Translations under genes and position numbers: made by a program
Shown here: positions 13,601 to 26,700 of the stretch, one piece after another
How positions within the stretch are numbered: position 1 is the first letter of the stretch
How the letters are laid out: each line of letters opens with the position of its first letter
Notes under the pieces: generated by a model
Databases searched by the model: none
What the model was told of the DNA's origin: nothing
What the model saw: the letters and a program-made list of their open reading frames with translations, nothing else
From: Lytechinus pictus
Taxonomy: Eukaryota
DNA length: 64,000 bases
Assembly (NCBI RefSeq): GCF_037042905.1
Contig: NW_026974140.1
Location: 1 to 64,000, forward strand
Direction: 5' to 3'

Positions 13601-14738
13601 GTACGTATGCTTATCCATATTAGATTAAACCTGTGGTTTGGTATATTTTATATTGTCTCAAAAGTAAAAGCTTGATGATTCTTACATTTTTTCACCACAT
13701 ATGCAGTAACCTTATTTGGGAGATAAATGAACATATGTATATTTTTGTTTTTATTCAAAACGATTCAATTCATGGTCTTACTATTTGGATTACATCGACA
13801 AAAATGATAACCCGGTGCGTCTAGTGCTTTGCAGGCAGCTACAGTTCGCAACGATATTCAGCAAGATCATCTCGCGTAATTTGCGTGCAAAATGTTCCAA
13901 GCTTCGCCGAAGAGACGGCGTATTTAGAGATTCCTTACAAGTCCTTAATTGCTCTGGTCTACCTTTTGCTGTACTAGTGATAAATAATTTTTTTTCAAAG
14001 AGTTTGGGTTATTTTTTCAATTACTTGTTGCGTTCTATTCTCTCTTTCATGATCTCAGGTTAAATCCTCGGTCGAAAAATGGAAAAGTAAATTCATATGA
14101 ATACAACTTTTTTCCTTGAGATATACTTCTTAGTAGCAAACAAATGGTTTCCCGTTAGTAATTTCTAGCCACTGTCAAAGCTTTTAATAAAACTTCATAA
14201 TTAGTGTTTGTATAAATTCTTCATTTCCAATGCAAACTTTGATTAGCGATAACTTGAAATCCACTTGTGCTCCAAATTTCATTCTTCTTTTAAAATAAAG
14301 CTCATGGAATTCTTCAAAAAAATGTAATCAGGTATTTGTCTTCAAAATCTCGGCCTAATGGTTTAAATCGCCATTTAAGTCTAAGTGTTTATTTGGTGAA
14401 AGAGTTTGGGTTATTTCTTCAATTACTTGTTGCGTTCTATTCTCTCTTTCATGATCTCAGGTTAAATCCTCGGTCGAAAAATGGACAAGTAAATTCATAT
14501 GAATATAACTATTTTCCTTGAGATATACTTCTTAGTAGCAAACAAATGGTTTCCCGTTAGTAATTTCTAGCCAATGTCAAAGCTTTTAATAAAACTTCAT
14601 AATTAGTGTTTGTATAAATTCTTCATTTCCAATGCAAACTTTGATTAGCGATAACTTGAAATCCACTTGTGCTCCAAATTTCATTCTTCTTTTAAAATAA
14701 AGCTCATGGAATTCTTCAAATATGATGTAATCAGGTAT

Positions 14739-17700
14739 TTGTCTTCAAAATATCGCCTTAATGGTTTAAATCGCCATTAAAGTCTAAGTGTTCATTTGCT
14801 GAATTTTGGACAGTCAACGATCGTGTGTACGTATGCTTATCCATATTAGATTAAACCTGTGGTTTGGTATATTTTATATTGTCTCAAAAGTAAAAGCTTG
14901 ATGATTCTTACATTTTTTCACCACATATGCAGTAACCTTATTTGGGAGATAAATGAACATATATATTTTTTTGTTTTTATTCAAAACGATTCAATTCATG
15001 GTCTTACTATTTGGATTACATCGACAAAAATGATAACCCGGTGCGTCTAGTGCTTTGCAGGCAGCTACAGTTCGCAACGATATTCAGCAAGATCATCTCG
15101 CGTAATTTGCGTGCAAAATGTTCCAAGCTTCGCCGAAGAGACGGCGTATTTAGAGATTCCTTACAAGTCCTTAATTGCTCTGGTCTACCTTTTGCTGTAC
15201 TAGTGATAAATAATTTTTTTTCAAAGAGTTTGGGTTATTTTTTCAATTACTTGTTGCGTTCTATTCTCTCTTTCATGATCTCAGGTTAAATCCTCGGTCG
15301 AAAAATGGAAAAGTAAATTCATATGAATACAACTATTTTCCTTGAGATATACTTCTTAGTAGCAAACAAATGGTTTCCCGTTAGTAATTTCTAGCCACTG
15401 TCAAAGCTTTAAATAAAACTTCATAATTAGTGTTTGTATAAATTCTTCATTTCCAATGCAAACTTTGATTAGCGATAACTTGAAATCCACTTGTGCTCCA
15501 AATTTCATTCTTCTTTTAAAATAAAGCTCATGGAATTCTTCAAAAAAATGTAATCAGGTATTTGTCTTCAAAATCTCGGCCTAATGGTTTAAATCGCCAT
15601 TTAAGTCTAAGTGTTTATTTGGTGAAAGAGTTTGGGTCATTTCTTCAATTACTTGTTGCGTTCTATTCTCTCTTTCATGATCTCAGGTTAAATCCTCGGT
15701 CGAAAAATGGACAAGTAAATTCATATGAATATAACTATTTTCCTTGAGATATACTTCTTAGTAGCAAACAAATGGTTTCCCGTTAGTAATTTCTAGCCAC
15801 TGTCAAAGCTTTTAATAAAACTTCATAATTAGTGTTTGTATAAATTCTTCATTTCCAATGCAAACTTTGATTAGCGATAACTTGAAATCCACTTGTGCTC
15901 CAAATTTCATTCTTCTTTTAGAATAAAGCTCATGGAATTCTTCAAAAAATGTAATCAGGTATTTGTCTTCAAAATCTCGGCCTAATGGTTTAAATCGCCA
16001 TTTAAGTCTAAGTGTTTATTTGGTGAAAGAGTTTGGGTTATTTCTTCAATTACTTGTTGCGTTCTATTCTCTCTTTCATGATCTCAGGTTAAATCCTCGG
16101 TCGAAAAATGGAAAAGTAAATTCATATGAATATAACTATTTTCCTTGAGATATACTTCTTAGTAGCAAACAAATGGTTTCCCGTTAGTAATTTCTAGCCA
16201 ATGTCAAAGCTTTTAATAAAACTTCATAATTAGTGTTTGTATAAATTCTTCATTTCCAATGCAAACTTTGATTAGCGATAACTTGAAATCCACTTGTGCT
16301 CCAAATTTCATTCTTCTTTTAAAATAAAGCTCATGGAATTCTTCAAATATGATGTAATCAGGTATTTGTCTTCAAAATATCGCCTTAATGGTTTAAATTG
16401 CAAGTAAAGTCTAAGTGTTCATTTGCTGAATTTTGGACAGTCAGCGATCGTGTGTACGTATGCTTATCCATATTAGATTAAACCTGTGGTTTGGTATATT
16501 TTATCTTGTCTCAAAAGTAAAAGCTTGATGATTCTTAAATTTTTTCACCACATATGCAGTAACCTTATTTGGGAGATCAATGAACATATATATCCTTTTG
16601 TTTTTATTCAAAACGATCCAATTCATGGTCTTACTATTTGGATTATATCGACAAAAATGATAACCCAGGGCGTCTAGTGCTTTGCAGGCAGCTACAGTTC
16701 GCAACGATATTCAGCAAGATCATCTCGCGTAATTTGTGTGCAAAATGTTCCGAGCTTCGCCGAAGAGACGGCGTATTTAGAGATTCCTTACAAGTCCTTA
16801 ATTGCTCTGGTCTACCTTTTGCTGTACTAGTGATAAATAATTTTTTTTCAAAGAGTTTGGGTTATTTTTTCAATTACTTGTTGCGTTCTATTCTCTCTTT
16901 CATGATCTCAGGTTAAATCCTCGGTCGAAAAATGGAAAAGTAAATTCATATGAATATAACTATTTTCCTTGAGATATACTTCTTAGTAGCAAACAAATGG
17001 TTTCCCGTTAGTAATTTCTAGCCACTGTCAAAGCTTTTAATAAAACTTCGTAATTAGTGTTTGTATAAATTCTTCATTTCCAATGCAAACTTTGATTAGC
17101 GATAACTTGAAATCCACTTGTGCTCCAAATTTCATTCTTCTTTTAAAATAAAGCTCATGGAATTCTTCAAAAAAATGTAATCAGGTATTTGTCTTCAAAA
17201 TCTCGCCTTAATGGTTTAAATCGCCATTTAAGTCTAAGTGTTTATTTGGTGAAAGAGTTTGGATTATTTCTTCAATTACTTGTTGCGTTCTATTCTCTCT
17301 TTCATGATCTCAGGTTAAATCCTCGGTCGAAAAATGGAAAAGTAAATTCATATGAATATAACTATTTTCCTTGAGATATACTTCTTAGTAGCAAACAAAT
17401 GGTTTCCCGTTAGTAATTTCTAGCCAATGTCAAAGCTTTTAATAAAACTTCATAATTAGTGTTTGTATAAATTCTTCATTTCCAATGCAAACTTTGATTA
17501 GCGATAACTTGAAATCCACTTGTGCTCCAAATTTCATTCTTCTTTTAAAATAAAGCTCATGGAATTCTTCAAATATGATGTAATCAGGTATTTGTCTTCA
17601 AAATCTCGCCTTAATGGTTTAAATCGCCATTAAAGTCTAAGTGTTCATTTGCTGAATTTTGGACAGTCAACGATCGTGTGTACGTATGCTTATCCATATT

Positions 17701-20700
17701 AGATTAAACCTGTGGTTTGGTATATTTTATATTGTCTCAAAAGTAAAAGCTTGATGATTCTTACATTTTTTCACCACATATGCAGTAACCTTATTTGGGA
17801 GATAAATGAACATATATATTTTTTTGTTTTTATTCAAAACGATTCAATTCATGGTCTTACTATTTGGATTACATCGACAAAAAATGATAACCCGGTGCGT
17901 CTAGTGCTTTGCAGGCAGCTACAGTTCGCAACGATATTCAGCAAGATCATCTCGCGTAATTTGCGTGCAAAATGTTCCAAGCTTCGCCGAAGAGACGGCG
18001 TATTTAGAGATTCCTTACAAGTCCTTAATTGCTCTGGTCTACCTTTTGCTGTACTAGTGATAAATAATTTTTTTTCAAAGAGTTTGGGTTATTTTTTCAA
18101 TTACTTGTTGCGTTCTATTCTCTCTTTCATGATCTCAGGTTAAATCCTCGGTCGAAAAATGGAAAAGTAAATTCATATGAATACAACTATTTTCCTTGAG
18201 ATATACTTCTTAGTAGCAAACAAATGGTTTCCCGTTAGTAATTTCTAGCCACTGTCAAAGCTTTTAATAAAACTTCATAATTAGTGTTTGTATAAATTCT
18301 TCATTTCCAATGCAAACTTTGATTAGCGATAACTTGAAATCCACTTGTGCTCCAAATTTCATTCTTCTTTTAAAATAAAGCTCATGGAATTCTTCAAAAA
18401 AATGTAATCAGGTATTTGTCTTCAAAATCTCGGCCTAATGGTTTAAATCGCCATTTAAGTCTAAGTGTTTATTTGGTGAAAGAGTTTGGGTTATTTCTTC
18501 AATTACTTGTTGCGTTCTATTCTCTCTTTCATGATCTCAGGTTAAATCCTCGGTCGAAAAATGGACAAGTAAATTCATATGAATATAACTATTTTCCTTG
18601 AGATATACTTCTTAGTAGCAAACAAATGGTTTCCCGTTAGTAATTTCTAGCCACTGTCAAAGCTTTTAATAAAACTTCATAATTAGTGTTTGTATAAATT
18701 CTTCATTTCCAATGCAAACTTTGATTAGCGATAACTTGAAATCCACTTGTGCTCCAAATTTCATTCTTCTTTTAGAATAAAGCTCATGGAATTCTTCAAA
18801 AAATGTAATCAGGTATTTGTCTTCAAAATCTCGGCCTAATGGTTTAAATCGCCATTTAAGTCTAAGTGTTTATTTGGTGAAAGAGTTTGGGTTATTTCTT
18901 CAATTACTTGTTGCGTTCTATTCTCTCTTTCATGATCTCAGGTTAAATCCTCGGTCGAAAAATGGACAAGTAAATTCATATGAATATAACTATTTTCCTT
19001 GAGATATACTTCTTAGTAGCAAACAAATGGTTTCCCGTTAGTAATTTCTAGCCAATGTCAAAGCTTTTAATAAAACTTCATAATTAGTGTTTGTATAAAT
19101 TCTTCATTTCCAATGCAAACTTTGATTAGCGATAACTTGAAATCCACTTGTGCTCCAAATTTCATTCTTCTTTTAAAATAAAGCTCATGGAATTCTTCAA
19201 ATATGATGTAATCAGGTATTTGTCTTCAAAATATCGCCTTAATGGTTTAAATTGCAAGTAAAGTCTAAGTGTTCATTTGCTGAATTTTGGACAGTCAGCG
19301 ATCGTGTGTACGTATGCTTATCCATATTAGATTAAACCAGTGGTTTGGTATATTTTATCTTGTCTCAAAAGTAAAAGCTTGATGATTCTTACATTTTTTC
19401 ACCACATATGCAGTAACCTTATTTGGGAGATCAATGAACATATATATCCTTTTGTTTTTATTCAAAACGATCCAATTCATGGTCTTACTATTTGGATTAT
19501 ATCGACAAAAATGATAACCCAGGGCGTCTAGTGCTTTGCAGGCAGCTACAGTTCGCAACGATATTCAGCAAGATCATCTCGCGTAATTTGTGTGCAAAAT
19601 GTTCCGAGCTTCGCCGAAGAGACGGCGTATTTAGAGATTCCTTACAAGTCCTTAATTGCTCTGGTCTACCTTTTGCTGTACTAGTGATAAATAATTTTTT
19701 TTCAAAGAGTTTGGGTTATTTTTTCAATTACTTGTTGCGTTCTATTCTCTCTTTCATGATCTCAGGTTAAATCCTCGGTCGAAAAATGGAAAAGTAAATT
19801 CATATGAATATAACTATTTTCCTTGAGATATACTTCTTAGTAGCAAACAAATGGTTTCCCGTTAGTAATTTCTAGCCACTGTCAAAGCTTTTAATAAAAC
19901 TTCGTAATTAGTGTTTGTATAAATTCTTCATTTCCAATGCAAACTTTGATTAGCGATAACTTGAAATCCACTTGTGCTCCAAATTTCATTCTTCTTTTAA
20001 AATAAAGCTCATGGAATTCTTCAAAAAAATGTAATCAGGTATTTGTCTTCAAAATCTCGCCTTAATGGTTTAAATCGCCATTTAAGTCTAAGTGTTTATT
20101 TGGTGAAAGAGTTTGGATTATTTCTTCAATTACTTGTTGCGTTCTATTCTCTCTTTCATGATCTCAGGTTAAATCCTCGGTCGAAAAATGGAAAAGTAAA
20201 TTCATATGAATATAACTATTTTCCTTGAGATATACTTCTTAGTAGCAAACAAATGGTTTCCCGTTAGTAATTTCTAGCCAATGTCAAAGCTTTTAATAAA
20301 ACTTCATAATTAGTGTTTGTATAAATTCTTCATTTCCAATGCAAACTTTGATTAGCGATAACTTGAAATCCACTTGTGCTCCAAATTTCATTCTTCTTTT
20401 AAAATAAAGCTCATGGAATTCTTCAAATATGATGTAATCAGGTATTTGTCTTCAAAATCTCGCCTTAATGGTTTAAATCGCCATTAAAGTCTAAGTGTTC
20501 ATTTGCTGAATTTTGGACAGTCAACGATCGTGTGTACGTATGCTTATCCATATTAGATTAAACCTGTGGTTTGGTATATTTTATATTGTCTCAAAAGTAA
20601 AAGCTTGATGATTCTTACATTTTTTCACCACATATGCAGTAACCTTATTTGGGAGATAAATGAACATATATATTTTTTTGTTTTTATTCAAAACGATTCA

Positions 20701-23700
20701 ATTCATGGTCTTACTATTTGGATTACATCGACAAAAAATGATAACCCGGTGCGTCTAGTGCTTTGCAGGCAGCTACAGTTCGCAACGATATTCAGCAAGA
20801 TCATCTCGCGTAATTTGCGTGCAAAATGTTCCAAGCTTCGCCGAAGAGACGGCGTATTTAGAGATTCCTTACAAGTCCTTAATTGCTCTGGTCTACCTTT
20901 TGCTGTACTAGTGATAAATAATTTTTTTTCAAAGAGTTTGGGTTATTTTTTCAATTACTTGTTGCGTTCTATTCTCTCTTTCATGATCTCAGGTTAAATC
21001 CTCGGTCGAAAAATGGAAAAGTAAATTCATATGAATACAACTATTTTCCTTGAGATATACTTCTTAGTAGCAAACAAATGGTTTCCCGTTAGTAATTTCT
21101 AGCCACTGTCAAAGCTTTTAATAAAACTTCATAATTAGTGTTTGTATAAATTCTTCATTTCCAATGCAAACTTTGATTAGCGATAACTTGAAATCCACTT
21201 GTGCTCCAAATTTCATTCTTCTTTTAAAATAAAGCTCATGGAATTCTTCAAAAAAATGTAATCAGGTATTTGTCTTCAAAATCTCGGCCTAATGGTTTAA
21301 ATCGCCATTTAAGTCTAAGTGTTTATTTGGTGAAAGAGTTTGGGTTATTTCTTCAATTACTTGTTGCGTTCTATTCTCTCTTTCATGATCTCAGGTTAAA
21401 TCCTCGGTCGAAAAATGGACAAGTAAATTCATATGAATATAACTATTTTCCTTGAGATATACTTCTTAGTAGCAAACAAATGGTTTCCCGTTAGTAATTT
21501 CTAGCCACTGTCAAAGCTTTTAATAAAACTTCATAATTAGTGTTTGTATAAATTCTTCATTTCCAATGCAAACTTTGATTAGCGATAACTTGAAATCCAC
21601 TTGTGCTCCAAATTTCATTCTTCTTTTAGAATAAAGCTCATGGAATTCTTCAAAAAATGTAATCAGGTATTTGTCTTCAAAATCTCGGCCTAATGGTTTA
21701 AATCGCCATTTAAGTCTAAGTGTTTATTTGGTGAAAGAGTTTGGGTTATTTCTTCAATTACTTGTTGCGTTCTATTCTCTCTTTCATGATCTCAGGTTAA
21801 ATCCTCGGTCGAAAAATGGACAAGTAAATTCATATGAATATAACTATTTTCCTTGAGATATACTTCTTAGTAGCAAACAAATGGTTTCCCGTTAGTAATT
21901 TCTAGCCAATGTCAAAGCTTTTAATAAAACTTCATAATTAGTGTTTGTATAAATTCTTCATTTCCAATGCAAACTTTGATTAGCGATAACTTGAAATCCA
22001 CTTGTGCTCCAAATTTCATTCTTCTTTTAAAATAAAGCTCATGGAATTCTTCAAATATGATGTAATCAGGTATTTGTCTTCAAAATATCGCCTTAATGGT
22101 TTAAATTGCAAGTAAAGTCTAAGTGTTCATTTGCTGAATTTTGGACAGTCAGCGATCGTGTGTACGTATGCTTATCCATATTAGATTAAACCAGTGGTTT
22201 GGTATATTTTATCTTGTCTCAAAAGTAAAAGCTTGATGATTCTTACATTTTTTCACCACATATGCAGTAACCTTATTTGGGAGATCAATGAACATATATA
22301 TCCTTTTGTTTTTATTCAAAACGATCCAATTCATGGTCTTACTATTTGGATTATATCGACAAAAATGATAACCCAGGGCGTCTAGTGCTTTGCAGGCAGC
22401 TACAGTTCGCAACGATATTCAGCAAGATCATCTCGCGTAATTTGTGTGCAAAATGTTCCGAGCTTCGCCGAAGAGACGGCGTATTTAGAGATTCCTTACA
22501 AGTCCTTAATTGCTCTGGTCTACCTTTTGCTGTACTAGTGATAAATAATTTTTTTTCAAAGAGTTTGGGTTATTTTTTCAATTACTTGTTGCGTTCTATT
22601 CTCTCTTTCATGATCTCAGGTTAAATCCTCGGTCGAAAAATGGAAAAGTAAATTCATATGAATATAACTATTTTCCTTGAGATATACTTCTTAGTAGCAA
22701 ACAAATGGTTTCCCGTTAGTAATTTCTAGCCACTGTCAAAGCTTTTAATAAAACTTCGTAATTAGTGTTTGTATAAATTCTTCATTTCCAATGCAAACTT
22801 TGATTAGCGATAACTTGAAATCCACTTGTGCTCCAAATTTCATTCTTCTTTTAAAATAAAGCTCATGGAATTCTTCAAAAAAATGTAATCAGGTATTTGT
22901 CTTCAAAATCTCGCCTTAATGGTTTAAATCGCCATTTAAGTCTAAGTGTTTATTTGGTGAAAGAGTTTGGATTATTTCTTCAATTACTTGTTGCGTTCTA
23001 TTCTCTCTTTCATGATCTCAGGTTAAATCCTCGGTCGAAAAATGGAAAAGTAAATTCATATGAATATAACTATTTTCCTTGAGATATACTTCTTAGTAGC
23101 AAACAAATGGTTTCCCGTTAGTAATTTCTAGCCAATGTCAAAGCTTTTAATAAAACTTCATAATTAGTGTTTGTATAAATTCTTCATTTCCAATGCAAAC
23201 TTTGATTAGCGATAACTTGAAATCCACTTGTGCTCCAAATTTCATTCTTCTTTTAAAATAAAGCTCATGGAATTCTTCAAATATGATGTAATCAGGTATT
23301 TGTCTTCAAAATCTCGCCTTAATGGTTTAAATCGCCATTAAAGTCTAAGTGTTCATTTGCTGAATTTTGGACAGTCAACGATCGTGTGTACGTATGCTTA
23401 TCCATATTAGATTAAACCTGTGGTTTGGTATATTTTATATTGTCTCAAAAGTAAAAGCTTGATGATTCTTACATTTTTTCACCACATATGCAGTAACCTT
23501 ATTTGGGAGATAAATGAACATATATATTTTTTTGTTTTTATTCAAAACGATTCAATTCATGGTCTTACTATTTGGATTACATCGACAAAAAATGATAACC
23601 CGGTGCGTCTAGTGCTTTGCAGGCAGCTACAGTTCGCAACGATATTCAGCAAGATCATCTCGCGTAATTTGCGTGCAAAATGTTCCAAGCTTCGCCGAAG

Positions 23701-26700
23701 AGACGGCGTATTTAGAGATTCCTTACAAGTCCTTAATTGCTCTGGTCTACCTTTTGCTGTACTAGTGATAAATAATTTTTTTTCAAAGAGTTTGGGTTAT
23801 TTTTTCAATTACTTGTTGCGTTCTATTCTCTCTTTCATGATCTCAGGTTAAATCCTCGGTCGAAAAATGGAAAAGTTAATTCATATGAATATAACTATTT
23901 TCCTTGAGATATACTTCTTAGTAGCAAACAAATGGTTTCCCGTTAGTAATTTCTAGCCACTGTCAAAGCTTTTAATAAAACTTCGTAATTAGTGTTTGTA
24001 TAAATTCTTCATTTCCAATGCAAACTTTGATTAGCGATAACTTGAAATCCACTTGTGCTCCAAATTTCATTCTTCTTTTAAAATAAAGCTCATGGAATTC
24101 TTCAAAAAAATGTAATCAGGTATTTGTCTTCAAAATCTCGCCTTAATGGTTTAAATCGCCATTTAAGTCTAAGTGTTTATTTGGTGAAAGAGTTTGGATT
24201 ATTTCTTCAATTACTTGTTGCGTTCTATTCTCTCTTTCATGATCTCAGGTTAAATCCTCGGTCGAAAAATGGAAAAGTAAATTCATATGAATATAACTAT
24301 TTTCCTTGAGATATACTTCTTAGTAGCAAACAAATGGTTTCCCGTTAGTAATTTCTAGCCAATGTCAAAGCTTTTAATAAAACTTCATAATTAGTGTTTG
24401 TATAAATTCTTCATTTCCAATGCAAACTTTGATTAGCGATAACTTGAAATCCACTTGTGCTCCAAATTTCATTCTTCTTTTAAAATAAAGCTCATGGAAT
24501 TCTTCAAAAAAATGTAATCAGGTATTTGTCTTCAAAATATCGGCCTAATGGTTTAAATCGCCATTTAAGTCTAAGTGTTTATTTGGTGAAAGAGTTTGGG
24601 TTATTTCTTCAATTACTTGTTGCGTTCTATTCTCTCTTTCATGATCTCAGGTTAAATCCTCGGTCGAAAAATGGAAAAGTAAATTCATATGAATATAACT
24701 ATTTTCTTTGAGATATACTTCTTAGTAGCAAACAAATGGTTTTCCGTTAGTAATTTCTAGCCAATGTCAAAGCTTTTAATAAAACTTCATAATTAGTGTT
24801 TGTAAAAATTCTTCATTTCCAATGCAAACTTTGATTAGCGATAACTTGAAATCCACTTGTGCTCCAAATTTCATTCTTCTTTTAAAATAAAGCTCATGGA
24901 ATTCTTCAAAAAAATGTAATGAGGTATTTGTCTTCAAAATCTCGCCTTAATGGTTTAAATCGCCATTTAAGTCTAAGTGTTTATTTGGTGAAAGAGTTTG
25001 GGTTATTTCTTCAATTACTTGTTGCGTTCTATTCTCTCTTTCATGATCTCAGGTTAAATCCTCGGTCGAAAAATGGAAAAGTAAATTCATATGAATATAA
25101 CTATTTTCTTTGAGATATACTTCTTAGTAGCAAACAAATGGTTTTCCGTTAGTAATTTCTAGCCAATGTCAAAGCTTTTAATAAAACTTCATAATTAGTG
25201 TTTGTATAAATTCTTCATTTCCAATGCAAACTTTGATTAGCGATAACTTGAAATCCACTTGTGCTCCAAATTTCATTCTTCTTTTAAAATAAAGCTCATG
25301 GAATTCTTCAAAAAAATGTAATCAGGTATTTGTCTTCAAAATCTCGCCTTAATGGTTTAAATTGCAAGTAAAGTCTAAGTGTTCATTTGCTGAATTTTGG
25401 ACAGTCAGCGATCGTGTGTACGTATGCTTATCCATATTAGATTAAACCTGTGGTTTGGTATATTTTATATTGTCTCAAAAGTAAAAGCTTGATGATTCTT
25501 ACATTTTTTCACCACATATGCAGTAACCTTATTTGGGAGATAAATGAACATATATATTTTTTTGTTTTTATTCAAAACGATTCAATTCATGGTCTTACTA
25601 TTTGGATTACATCGACAAAAAATGATAACCCGGTGCGTCTAGTGCTTTGCAGGCAGCTACAGTTCGCAACGATATTCAGCAAGATCATCTCGCGTAATTT
25701 GCGTGCAAAATGTTCCAAGCTTCGCCGAAGAGACGGCGTATTTAGAGATTCCTTACAAGTCCTTAATTGCTCTGGTCTACCTTTTGCTGTACTAGTGATA
25801 AATAATTTTTTTTCAAAGAGTTTGGGTTATTTTTTCAATTACTTGTTGCGTTCTATTCTCTCTTTCATGATCTCAGGTTAAATCCTCGGTCGAAAAATGG
25901 AAAAGTAAATTCATATGAATACAACTATTTTCCTTGAGATATACTTCTTAGTAGCAAACAAATGGTTTCCCGTTAGTAATTTCTAGCCACTGTCAAAGCT
26001 TTTAATAAAACTTCATAATTAGTGTTTGTATAAATTCTTCATTTCCAATGCAAACTTTGATTAGCGATAACTTGAAATCCACTTGTGCTCCAAATTTCAT
26101 TCTTCTTTTAAAATAAAGCTCATGGAATTCTTCAAAAAAATGTAATCAGGTATTTGTCTTCAAAATCTCGGCCTAATGGTTTAAATCGCCATTTAAGTCT
26201 AAGTGTTTATTTGGTGAAAGAGTTTGGGTTATTTCTTCAATTACTTGTTGCGTTCTATTCTCTCTTTCATGATCTCAGGTTAAATCCTCGGTCGAAAAAT
26301 GGACAAGTAAATTCATATGAATATAACTATTTTCCTTGAGATATACTTCTTAGTAGCAAACAAATGGTTTCCCGTTAGTAATTTCTAGCCACTGTCAAAG
26401 CTTTTAATAAAACTTCATAATTAGTGTTTGTATAAATTCTTCATTTCCAATGCAAACTTTGATTAGCGATAACTTGAAATCCACTTGTGCTCCAAATTTC
26501 ATTCTTCTTTTAGAATAAAGCTCATGGAATTCTTCAAAAAATGTAATCAGGTATTTGTCTTCAAAATCTCGGCCTAATGGTTTAAATCGCCATTTAAGTC
26601 TAAGTGTTTATTTGGTGAAAGAGTTTGGGTTATTTCTTCAATTACTTGTTGCGTTCTATTCTCTCTTTCATGATCTCAGGTTAAATCCTCGGTCGAAAAA

